Origin: Macrostomum lignano
Lineage: Eukaryota
DNA: 56,059 nt
NCBI GenBank assembly: GCA_002269645.1
Contig: NIVC01001490.1
Span: forward strand, 1-56,059
Direction: 5' to 3'
Shown: piece by piece, positions 23,751 through 34,989 of the stretch
How positions within the stretch are numbered: the stretch's first letter is position 1
Layout: each line of letters opens with the position of its first letter
Notes under the pieces: generated by a model
What the model was told of the DNA's origin: nothing
What the model saw: the letters and a program-made list of their open reading frames with translations, nothing else
Databases searched by the model: none
Made by a program: the position numbers and the translations under genes

Positions 23751-26700
23751 CTGGAAATCAATTGCGGCTTGGGATGCTGATGGACACAGTGGGGATATTG
23801 GGGGCTGCTGATGGACACAGGGGGATATTGGGGGTTACTGATGGACACAGGGGGATTTTGGGGGTTACTGATGGACACAGGGGGATATTGGGGGTTACTG
23901 ATGGACACAGGGGGATATTGGGGGTTACTGATGGACACAGGGGGATTTTGGGGGTTACTGATGGACACAGGGGGATATTGGGGGTTACTGATGGACACAG
24001 GGGGATTTTGGGGGTTACTGATGGACACAGGGGGATATTGGGGGCTGCTGATGGACACAGGGGGATATCTAATCTTCTAATCTTCTAATCTTCTAATCTA
24101 ATCTAATTCTAATCTTCTAATCTTCTAATCTTCTAATCTTCTAATCTTCTAATCTTCTAATCTTCTAATCTTCTAATCTTCTAATCTTCTAATCTTCTAA
24201 TATATCTAAAGTAGCAACCCCCCCCTCCACCGGCCCTGTCTGTCTGTGGGTATGTAACAGGTTATCTCCCAAAAGGCTCAACCGATTTTCTCCGTTTCTT
24301 CGCCAAAAGATGTCAAATGTGCCCGGGACGGTACATGTAATTTTATTAAGCTCTAGCTCAATGCTAAGGGGATTAAATATTCGAAAAACTGTTTTAAATG
24401 GCCTTTTTAGTGTATTTTTTTATCAGCCTGCGCGCAGCGAGAAACTTCACAGCCAATTTTAATGATTGCGCCAGAGCCAACTGATAAGAAAATTCACTTT
24501 GCCCCACTGCCCAGATAATTACTCTATTTAACTTGCGTAACCAATTAAGGGGGGGTATAATGAAAATTCTGGATGCTTCCAATATACTAAAAAAAATATA
24601 CTAAAAATCAAAACTTCCATTCCAATATACTAAAAATCAAAACTATGTACCTATAGGAACCTTCGTGTAACTTGGCTCTACATGGTCGGAATTTCGCGGG
24701 GTTTTCTGCATTCGATGCGTATTGATGGCGCGCTGGTACACGAAATTTTGCTAAGAAATTGCTTCATTTTTTCGGGCTTAAATATTCGAAAAACTCGATT
24801 TTTGCCCCGCATTTTTAAGTTCAAACAGTTCTTTCCAATTGAGAAGCATTCTGACTGCCGATGGAATTGTATCGCATCATAACTCAGTGCCAACTATAGC
24901 ATTGGTTCTCTACACTGGCGTAGAGAGCTATAAGCGTTGAAAGGTTGCGCAACACCTTTTAGTTATTGAATTGAGGGGCGGGTATTGCCATTCAATGAGT
25001 CCCGGGCATTGGCTTGGTTGTGAATTTCAATGCATCAACTGCAGGCCTCTCACTGTAGCTGGCGCTGAATGTACACCTTTATGAATTTGACTGCTTTAAA
25101 GCAGGAATATCAAACCGTTGTTTGTGCTTCGAGTTTTTCACTTTCAGAAGAGAGCCTTGTATTGCTGGAAAGAGCTAGAAACGCTGAGTTCGAGAATATA
25201 ATCTGTTTGCTGAGATTTGAAAAATTAAAAGCACAGCATAAAAAAGAAATTTCTATACTTTTTACTCTATATTCTCATTGTACGCTCTCTCATATCGCAA
25301 ACCCCTATTTATCGCAACTCCACTATTCAAGCCAGCGCCATTAGATCTAAATTTAGATTGCGTAACCATATTGTTGACTTTAATTGTTGACTTTATTAAT
25401 TGAAACTGATATTGACTGCCTGAGAAATTGATTACGTCGTAACTGCTTCGAGTGATTTCTACTCTATGCTGGGAGTTTTCAAAGTGTTGAAATATATAAG
25501 TGCTACAATTCATGTTATCAAAACGATGAGAGCTAGCCTAGAGGTAAACAGACTGAACTGCTAATGCAGCGACGTGGGTTCGAATTTTTAGAGTGTTGAA
25601 GTTTTTTATTAAAAAAATTAATTTCAAGAAAGCTAAAGGAATCTTAAAAATGTCAAGTAAATCAGGTAAAAGAGAAGAAGCTACGAGCGTTCATGTAGTA
25701 TAATCAAAAATTTTATTCAACTTTAAATTTTGAAAAGTTTTAAAAAGGACTATTCCAATAGATAAGAAATTAATTATTGTAATAGCTGACGAAATTGTTT
25801 CACAATCTTGCTGGGGGTACTTTCTATCAGGGGATGCTTGCTATCGGAAGGACGCTTGCTTTTGGGAATGCTTGCTCGGGGGAGATTGCTAACTGGGGGA
25901 ATCACTGAGATGTCAAGGCTTAGTGGGGAAATTCCTGAGATGTCAAGTCTTAGAGGGGGGAGGGAATTGCTGAGATGTCAAGGCTTAGAGGGGGGAGGGA
26001 ATTGCTGAGATGTCAAGGCTTAGAGGGGGGAGGGAATTGCTGAGATGGCAAGGCTTAACAGGGACTTGCTGAGATGCCAAGGCTTGGTGGGGAAATTCCT
26101 GAGATGTCAAGTCTTGGTGGGGAAATTCCTGAGATGTCAAGTCTTGGGGGGGGGAGAATTGCTGAGATGCCAAGGCTAAAGAGGGACTTGCTGAGATGCC
26201 AAGGCTTAAGAGGGACTTGCTGAGATGTCAAGGCTTAAGAGGGACTTGCTGAGATGCCAAGGCTTAAGAGGGACTTGCTGAGATGCCAAGGCTTAAGAGG
26301 GACTTGCTGAGATGCCAAGGCTTAAGAGGGACTTGCTGAGATGCCAAGGCTTGGTGGGGAAATTCCTGAGATGTCAAGTTTTAGGGGGGGGGGGGAATTG
26401 CTGAGATGTCAAATGCTTAGAGGGACTTGCCGAGATGTCAAGACGTAAGACGGAATTGCTGAGATTTCAAGGCTTGGGGGGGAATTACTGAGATGCCAAG
26501 GCTTGAGGGCGAATTGCTGAGATGTGAAGGCTTGGGGGAATTTCCGAGATGTCAATGCTTGGTGGGGAAATTCCTGAGATGTCAAGTCTTAGAAGGGGGA
26601 AATCTGTGAGATATCAAGTCTCAGGGGGGAATTGCTGAGATGTGAAGGCTTGGGGGAATTTCTGAGATGTCAAAATCTTAGGGAAGGGAATTGCAGAGAT

Positions 26701-29700
26701 TTCAAGTCCTGAGGGCGAATTGCTGAGATGTCATGTCTTTGGGGGGAATTCTATGGATTGGGGATTCTTTGAATGAGGGAGGGTGCTTCTAATATATATC
26801 TTTGGATAGTGATTCATTGGGGAATTCCTTCGTTGGGGGATTACTAAATCGATGAAAGGTTCTTTGAATGGGGGATTCTTTAGCTGAAGGCTTCTTTCTA
26901 TAGAGTGATCCTTTGGATATGAGATTATTTGGGGGGGATTCTTTATGAGGGGATTCTTTGGATGGGGAGTATTTCGACGGTGGTTCTTTAGATGAGGGGA
27001 TTCTTTGGACAATGATTCTTTTGATGGGGGATTATTTGAATGGGAGATTCTTAAGAGGGGGATTCTTTGGATAGGGGTGGATGGGGGATTCTTTGAATAG
27101 GGATGGATGGGGGTTCTTTGGATAGGGATGGATCTGGGGTTCTTTGGATAGGGATGGATGGGGGGTTCTTTGGATGAGGGATTCTTTGAACGGAGATTCT
27201 GTGGAGGTCAAGTCTTAGGGGGGGGGGATTGCTGAGATGTCAACGCTTTTGACTAGGAGAAATTGCTAAGATGTCAAGATTTACTAGGGGGAATTACTGA
27301 GATATAAAGACTTACTGGGTGAATTACTGAGATGTCATTGCTTAATGGGAAATTCCTTAGATGTCAAGTCTTACAGAGGGGAATTGCTGAGATGGCAAGA
27401 CTTACTTCGGAAATTACTGAGATATAAAGGCTTACTGGGGGAATTTCTGAGATGTCAAGGCGTGGGGGGAATTTCTGAGATGTCAAGACTTGAGACGGGG
27501 AGAAATTGCTAAGATGTCAAGTCTTAGGGGGGGGGGTAATTACTGAGATGTCAAGGCTTAAGGGTAATTTTTGAGATGTCAAGTCTTGGGGAGGGGAATT
27601 ACTGAGATTTCAAGGCTTGGTAAGAATGATTCATTGGGAACTTCTTTCGATGGGGGATTCTTTCGATGAAGGGTTCTTCCGATAAAGGGATCTTTTGGAT
27701 TGGATTGGATTTGGATTGTTTGGACGGAGATTATTTGCATGAGGGGATTCTTTAGATGGGGGTTATTTGGATGGGTGTTCTGTAGATGAGGGGATTCTTT
27801 GGCCAAGGATTCTATTTGGATGGGAGATTCTTTGGATTCTTTGGATGGGGGGTTCTTTGGATTCTTTGGATGGGGTTTATGTTAATGGGGATTATTTGGA
27901 TGTGGATTCTTTAGAGGGGGGTTTTCTGGAGGGGGATTCTTTGGATTCTTTGGATTGGGATTATTTGGACGGGGGTTCTTTAGATGAGGGGATTATTTTG
28001 TCAATGATTTTTTAGATAAGGGATGATTTGGATTTCAGAATCTTTGGATTATTTAGATGGGGATTTTGTGGATGGGGATTATTTGGATGTCGATTATTTA
28101 GATGGGGATTCTTTGGATAGGGATGGATTTGAGATTCTTTGGATGGGGATTCTGTGTATGGCGGATTCCTTGGATAGGAAATTCATTGGATGGGGATTCT
28201 TCGAATCAGGATTCTATCAATGGGGGGCTCTTTGAATGGAGGATTCTTTGGATATAGGATTCTTTGCATGTGAGATTCTATGGATGGGCGATTCATTGGA
28301 TGGGGAATTCTTCAGATAGGAGGATTCCTTTAGTGGGGAATTGTGTGGATTGTGTGGAGTGGGGAATTGAGTGGATTCTATCGATGGAGGTTCTTTAGAT
28401 GGCGGATTCTTTGGATAGTGAATTCTTTGCATGTGAGATTCTTTGCATCAGAGATTTTATAGATGGGGGATTTTTTGGATGAGGGATTCTTTGGATGTGG
28501 GATTCAGTGGGGTGAAATTTTATTGCGTGGAAAAACTGTGATTGGAGTTTGGACGGAAAGCCCCAACGGGGGTTGGAATTGGCTAGTTGGGGGCTACTGA
28601 TGGACACAGGGGGATATTGGGGGCTACGATGGACACAGGGGGATATTGGGGGCTGCTGATGGACACAGGGGGATATTGGGGGCTACTGATGGACACAGGG
28701 GGATATTGGGGGCTACTGATGGACACAGGGGAATATTGGGGGCTGCTGATGGACACAGGGGGATATTGGGGGCTACTGATGGACACAGGGGGATATTGGG
28801 GGCTACTGATGGACACAGGGGGATATTGGGGGTTACTGATGGACACAGGGGGATATTGGGGGCTACTGATGGACACAGGGGGATATTGGGGGCTGCTGAT
28901 GGACACAGGGGGATATTGGGGGCTACTGATGGACACAGGGGGATATTGGGGGCTACGATGGACACAGGGGGATATTGGGGGCTGCTGATGGACACAGGGG
29001 GATATTGGGGGCTACTGATGGACACAGGGGGATATTGGGGGCTACTGATGGACACAGGGGGATATTGGGGGCTGCTGATGGACACAGGGGGATATTGGGG
29101 GCTACTGATGGACACAGGGGGATATTGGGGGCTACAGATGGACACAGGATATTGGGGGCTAGTGATGGACACAGGATATTGGGTGCTAGTGATGGACACA
29201 GGATATTGGGTGCTACTGATGGACACAGGATATTGGGTGCTAGTGATGGACACAGGATATTGGGTGCTACTGATGGACACAGGATATTGGGTGCTAGTGA
29301 TGGACACAGGATATTGGGTGCTACTGATGGACACAGGATATTGGGTGCTAGTGATGGACACAGGATATTGGGTGCTACTGGACACAGGATATTGGGTGCT
29401 AGTGATGGACACAGGGGGATATTGGGGGCTGCTGATGGACACAGGGGGGTATTGGGGGCTACTGATGGACACAGGGGGATTTTGGGGGTTACTGATGGAC
29501 ACAGGGGGGTATTGGGGGCTACTGATGGACACAGGGGGATTTTGGGGGCTACTGATGGACACAGTGGGGATATTGGGGGTTACTGATGGACACAGGGGGA
29601 TATTGGGGGCTGCTGATGGACACAGGGGGATATTGGGGGCTACTGATGGACACAGGGGATATTGGGTGCTACTGATAGACACAGGATATTGGGTGCTACT

Positions 29701-30565
29701 GATGGACACAGGGGGATATTGGGTGCTACTGATGGACACAGGGGGATACTGGGTGCTACTGATGGACACAGTGGTGGATGCCAGGAAGCAGTACAAAGAA
29801 TTGAGCAATTCCCCCGCTCCGCACCTGTGCAGCAGCTCGAACAGCGAGTAGCAGCCAGACCCGTTGCCCATGGCAACCCGGCCGATATAACGGAAACTAC
29901 CACTGCGCTCGGTGGCATCGCAGATGAGCATCGTGTGAGCTGACCAGCCCACTGTGCTGCTGCAGTTGCCATCGGCCAAGTCCTCGGCACTGGCCTTGCC
30001 GCCCATGTACACCAGCTCCACCCAGCCGCGACCGGCAGTGGCATAGAACTGGCCCCAGCGACCGAGCACTCGATTGCCGGCAGCTTTGTCCAGCTGGACC
30101 AGGCCAGCCCCAGCCAGACTCGAGTCCGCGTCCGAGCACAAGCCGAATGCAAACTGGCCAGATGAGTCCTTCACCCTGAGCAGTGATAGGCCAGTGAGAT
30201 TATCAAGTTAAGAATTGAGTTCATTGGATTGAAATCACCAAAAGCCTGTCTGCCCCCTGGTTCTCTGTCTGTGACCCCTACTAATTTGTACTAATATTTG
30301 ATTTTGGAGCTCCTCAAAAACTTTGCTTGAGTTGAGTTAATTTTGTTGCTTAATTATGATTTTTAAGTTAAAATACATTTAGACATTAAAAAAATTCTGT
30401 ATGTGATTCATAAATACCATATTAATTTATACTTGATACTTACTTTAGTCCAATAAGATCCTTGAGGATTCCTTTTTCCAAGTTATTGAAGTATTGCTCA
30501 CATGACAATGAACATACAATGTGGGCCATACTACTTAAAAATGCTATTGATATGAGTAGCTTCAT
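23444..30565 (-). CDS. M6PR: Cation-dependent mannose-6-phosphate receptor homologue (CD-MPR/MPR46-like), complete, 259 aa
   Basis: Exons 30565-30444 (122 nt, signal peptide [19 protein letters not shown]), 30175-29825 (351 nt, MRH domain with [15 protein letters not shown]) and 23750-23444 (307 nt, TM and tail with [21 protein letters not shown]). Total 780 nt; all junctions GT-AG and phase 2. Confidence 0.9.
23766..24067. repeat. 30-bp minisatellite (GGGGATATTGGGGGCTACTGATGGACACAG) x~10, left part
   Basis: Tandem units read directly; same unit and orientation as 28587-29775. Confidence 0.95.
24069..24200. repeat. (TCTTCTAA)n simple repeat at the Helitron 5' end
   Basis: About 15 copies read directly. 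Confidence 0.9.
25527..25586 (+). pseudogene. tRNA-derived fragment (Ser-GCT-like anticodon loop), probably a SINE head
   Basis: A-box-like TAGCCTAGAGG at 25534-25544, arm CTGAA-CTGCTAA-TGCAG, B-box-like GGTTCGAAT at 25577-25585; no acceptor stem 3' half. Confidence 0.35.
25810..28500. repeat. Degenerate G-rich satellites inside the Helitron: ~29-bp (GGGACTTGCTGAGATGCCAAGGCTTAAGA) and ~14-bp (GGGGATTCTTTGGAT) blocks, alternating
   Basis: 29-mer blocks ~25860-26735 and ~27205-27620; 14-mer blocks ~26740-27200 and ~27625-28500. Confidence 0.85.
28587..29775. repeat. 30-bp minisatellite, right part (~40 units including shortened variants)
   Basis: Same unit as 23766-24067; ends ~50 nt from the M6PR exon 2 donor. 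Confidence 0.95.
29825..30175 (-). CDS. M6PR: M6PR exon 2 (MRH domain)
   Basis: FAFGLC...GAGLVQLDK...WVELVYMGG...C...MLIC...GCYSLFEL aligns motif by motif with vertebrate CD-MPR. Confidence 0.9.
30444..30565 (-). CDS. M6PR: M6PR coding exon 1 (signal peptide and first Cys)
   Basis: ATG at 30565, donor GTAAGT after 30444; phase 2 joins the acceptor at 30175 to give K-V-K-D. Confidence 0.8.
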
Positions 30566-31339
30566 TTGTATTTGAAAATAAAGTAATTCAAAGCTGAAAT
30601 ACAAGGTTTTGAAAAAATGCTATTTGTGTAAAATATAAACTTTTAGCAATAAGAAAAGACATTATAGATTGAACCATTAAAAATATAAATAATTACCTAA
30701 TATTACTACTTGAAGTTGTAAAATACACTACAGCAAAGAATTAATAAAATATAAACATTGCTTATACTATAAAATAAATATATACCATAGCTAAACAAAT
30801 GAGTGTAAATTATAAAATGATAATTCATCTTTCTATTCCAATAGGTTTATTTTACTTATAAATAATACAATTATTAAAATATTAGATCCTACATTTAGCC
30901 AAAAAATTAAAATTTTATTATATAATTTTATTAGCCTTAAAATTAATGTTTATATAGAGAGCCTTGAATATTGATGTTTTATTATACTTGGTTTTATTTC
31001 AAATAATTAATAAATAATAAAATAGTCAAAGACCACTGAAGTCACTTAAGCGCAGCCCTTGAAATGAGTGCAGTACAGTTGCGCAATGTTTGAATTAGTT
31101 GAAAATTTGAGCATTTTCAGCTAGACTTTTGGCTACTCCAACACAGAATTGAATGGCCTGGTTATGTCATATTGCCACACAAACTTATATAATAGCAGCA
31201 GTTTGGGTGCCCTTGGATTAGAAGAAATTATGTGCAATGTGCCCTCCCATCAATAGCCCCCCACTCTGAAATATGTTCCGACACTACTGGCTTGAGCTAC
31301 AGTACATTTACATGTAGTCTAGGGGAGTCCTGCAGTCCG

Positions 31340-31600
31340 AGGCCAGCTTAATGTATAGCTGACTGCTAGAAGACAGCGTTGTTCCAGGCAAGGCGGTGAT
31401 CGAGACTGTCCTGCTGTACACTGTCAAGACCTAGACGCTAATGAAGTCACTCGAGCAACAAGTTGATGCGGTGCGTGTACACTGGCCTACTGTACGCTGC
31501 TTTCAAGTTAAGTTTGCCTACGCGAGTAACCAACGCGGCTTTTGTATCACCACGCCGACCTGTTCCATCCAAGTGACCTGCTGCGAAGTCATAGATGACC
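31340..31600 (+). pseudogene. RTE-like non-LTR retrotransposon RT C-terminal relic
   Basis: KAVIETVLLYTVKT*TLMKSLEQQVDA then (frameshift) YTGLLYAAFKLSLPTRVTN, resembling the RTE post-RT motif AVxxSxLLYGxETWTL...LD...YTRLLR...VTN; TGG>TAG stop. Confidence 0.5.
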
Positions 31601-31918
31601 ACATTCATGTATGTAATGGCTTGATTTGGAATGCTTTCTATATGTATGTTTTGCAAATAGAGGACCTGGCCACTTAAAGCATTATCTTTGGTCCGGGTAC
31701 TCCTCAACTACATGTACTACTTCTTAATTAACTTTTGCATTCAAAATTTAACATATACAAATGTGTAACATAGGATGTCAACCCCGTCATGCTGCACAAA
31801 TTTCAAACATGAGCACATTATATTTTGTTAGTATATGTACAAGCATATAATAGAGATGCATCGATCAAAAGCTGGCAAATATTGGAGAAGGGTATAAATA
31901 TTAATTAGCCTGTCAACT

Positions 31919-32134
31919 TAGTCATTTCAGGGTTCAGTTTTATCTTTTTGCGGCTGCTGGGGGTAGTTTATTAGCAGTTGACGAAGTGACCAATGCTGGA
32001 ACACTTCTTGTTGGCCAGTTGATGAAGTGACCGAGGTTTGAGATCCCTTCATTGGCTAGTTGACGAAATGACCAGTGATAAAACAGAGTTGATGAAATGG
32101 CCAATTGACAAAATTCCAGTTGACGAAATGACTA
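31919..32134. mobile_element. Small inverted-repeat element with subterminal AGTTGAYGAARTGRC repeats
   Basis: TAGTCATTTC (31919) and GAAATGACTA (32125-32134) are inverted; five spaced internal motif copies. Confidence 0.35.
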
Positions 32135-33906
32135 GGGCCTAGGACCTTTGAAAACCAACTAAAAAAAGAAAATGGCAAAATAATGGTAGGCCAAAACTAA
32201 AATGTTGTCCTCTTTTGCTATAGCCTATACAGTATACTATAAATTAAATGTCTATTTTTTAACTTATAGGTCTACTTTATAGGTACTTTATAGGTCTACA
32301 ACTAAATTTTATTTTGACCAAAAAATAATCACAAAAAATTTGCAAAATAGGCCTAGCCTATGAAAATTTAAACTGGTTATTTATATCAAATATTAGGGTC
32401 TTACAATAGTCAATAGAATAATAGATTTGAATATTTTTTTAAAATTCATTTTAGCCTAGGTCTTTTGTCCCTTAGGATATATTAGATAAAGAACTACATT
32501 TTCTATAAAAATTTTGTCAATTTGATTTAATTCCAAATTCCAAATAAATAGGCCTAGGCCTATGTCCTATCTCTAGATAATAGAACAGCCATGTCTATGC
32601 ATAATGCATAAAAAGATATGTGGTCATTCTATCATTTGGCCATTTGCATTTAATCACAAAAACCCAATGCATCTCAGATTGGTCAAAATTTAAACAAACA
32701 TTTGTCTTGATGGATAAAAACTAGTCAAGATACAAGAAATTCAAGAATAACTAGGAAAATTGAAATTTGCCTCCAAATCACGCCAATGCCAATGGTCAAT
32801 GCTTTGGGCCTAAAAACAAAAAGATATCCTCCATTTTTTACGTTTCGTCTCATAACAGCTCAGTGCAAGGGACATCAGCATGCAGTGCTGAAGAAGATTA
32901 GGAGACGTAGTGGCTGTACATAGGTCTGTGTACACATAGGTAGGTAGGACCTGTTTATAACGCCTCGGATATGCCAATTTAAATTGGACACGAATTATTG
33001 TACTTTGCGACTAACAAAAAGTGGAAACAACTGGTCCGTTGATGTAAAATACGATACGTAGTCTCAACAGAAGCTGAGGGCAGAGGCGGATTTAGAAATA
33101 TAAACTAAAATGAGTGAGATGGATTTTAACTTCGAGATTGGGAGGGGGCGCCATAATATACACTAGAGGGGCGCCATAATATTCACTATAGATCGGGGTG
33201 CCATACTGAGCAAACTGAGGGTTGTGGTGAGGACCTTTTTCTTTTTGATGAGGACCTGAGCTTATAGTATGAAGTTAAAGAGGCGCAACTTCTATGCTTG
33301 TGTTTTCTGGCACTCCTGCTTTTTTCTGTTTGTTTTGGATATATAGTTCAGAATATTGATATTATTTGGGACTGCTAGCCCAAAGGAAAATTATCGGAAC
33401 GGCCGGAGGGAGAGAACAAAGGCAACAATTGGATAGCACGAGCAAAACATCCTACCGCCCTGTATGGGCAACATACGAGACACGAGTATATTTGGAAAGC
33501 ATTCGAAAAAACTATTTGGAAGAGTAAAAGGTAAACGAAGAGAAAGGAAAAAAAGAATTGCAGGAGTTGCGAGAAAGGGGTCTAAAAGCAGAAAAAAACG
33601 CACGCAAGCTGGAGAGGAGAGATAGGCTGAGGCGGGCACAACGCACGGGGTTAAAAAGGCCCCACAGACACCCACCTCCGCCCCGGGGGCGGCGCACCCA
33701 CCCCCGGACCAAGCACCCCCAAAACGGGCGATGACAAGCCCCCCGGCCCCGCTAACAGCGATTGGCCAGCCAATCTACACTTAGCGGAACGGCCGGAGGG
33801 AGAGAACAAAGGCAACAATTGGATAGCACGAGCAAAACATCCCAAAAAACCCGAACAAAGGGATCAAAGAGTAGGGTACACGGCGACAGGGCGAGTCAGG
33901 CGAGCG

Positions 33907-34900
33907 CTAGAGAGGTGCCGACAGCACATGGTTGACCATTGGGCGCAGGAGACGGAGGCAACCTCCCGACTGCGGCAGGTAGCGTGAAATGGCGCCGCTG
34001 CTCCAGCCGCCCAGCCGCTTGATCTGCTCCACGTCGAGGCCGCTGTCGAACGCCAGACAGGCGCCACCCCGTCGTAGAGAGTGGCCTGAGAAAGCTGTCG
34101 CCGCCCAACCCGCATCTGTCAGAGCCCGAGCGAGGCGGCGGTCGAATTGACGCGATGAAATCGGGCACCAGCTTCCGGCGATGTGGACGCAAAACAGCTG
34201 AGTGAGCGCCGGCGCAGACCGCAGCTTGTTAGTCTGAAAATGCCGCCGCAGGGCTTGGACAGGACAAAGTGGGTGGCCTCCGAGTACTGGCAGCACCGCC
34301 TCCTGGTATTCTTGTCCGCATTGGTTGGTCTTCGATTGTCGAACTCGGTGTCTCCAGCACTGAATGTCGCCGAGTGTCGCCGACAAGAATGGAGTAGCGC
34401 CCGCAGACATTTGCTTTCCTGAGAAGCGCCCAGAAGCAGCAGAGCACGGCGGCCCAAAAGGCGGCGTCTGCAGGGTCTCTTGGGTTCACCTGGTTTGCCA
34501 GTGAAAGCAGAACCGCCAGGGTGATGGGGTCTTTCTGCTTGACTGAATGGCCGCTTGTCCGTTTGGCGCTCTTAACTGCCAGATCGATCAGGCCGGACTT
34601 GGTGATGTCGGGGAGTTGCGCCAGCTTGAAGCTCCAGCTGATGGCCGCCAGGTGTCCACCGAGGCTACCGGGTGCCACGCCGCGCTTAGCCAAGCGTCGC
34701 ACATACTCGACCAGGTGCACCGGGGACGCCGCTAGTGGCTGAACACCTTCGAGGTTGTAGAAGCGCTGCCACTGTTCGAGGTTTGAAGCGTACGATGCCC
34801 TCGTACTAGGAGCCCAGGCGTCGGCGAGAAAGCGAAGGAGCGGCCCGGGTAGGCGGGAGGCAGGAGGCGCCAGACCTGCAAAAGCAAAAGGGAGGCGGAG
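33907..34900 (-). pseudogene. Tyrosine recombinase of the retroelement, frameshifted by a 10-nt duplication
   Basis: AWAPSTRASY..., ALLR, SKT, HSLRRGG, GGW, SRY (catalytic R-K-H-R-W-Y all present); TGTCGCCGA repeated at 34365-34373 and 34375-34383. Confidence 0.88.
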
Positions 34901-34989
34901 GCTTGGCAGAGCGCATGGCGCGAGATGCAGCAGGATTCAGCAGCTAAATCATACAGGCTACGGTAGAAGCGGAGAAAGAAATTCTGCGC

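Larger units (their letters stand above)
24068..28586 (+). mobile_element. Non-autonomous Helitron (4519 bp) inserted into the intronic minisatellite
   Basis: 5' TC at 24068 after host A; 3' CTAG at 28583-28586 before host T; hairpin CCAAC-GGGG-GTTGG at 28563-28576; no TSD. Removing it restores the perfect unit GGGGATA|TTGGGGGCT. The 5' part has CTGTCTGT and AACCGATTTT motifs typical of Helitron-derived interspersed elements. No Rep/helicase ORF. Confidence 0.85.

Noticed and set aside
23444-30174. Long ORF-track proteins ([10 protein letters not shown])n, ([10 protein letters not shown])n and a 516-aa MRH-plus-repeat ORF
   Set aside because: Read-through into intronic minisatellites; a clean three-exon model explains the gene. 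The in-frame acceptor idea is kept separately as a finding.
32830-32900. Second hammerhead-like GAAACGTA motif on the minus strand
   Set aside because: No proper CUGANGA core or stem II at the required spacing
33391-33845. Short ORFs duplicated at 36305-36650
   Set aside because: They are translations of the element's A/B terminal repeats
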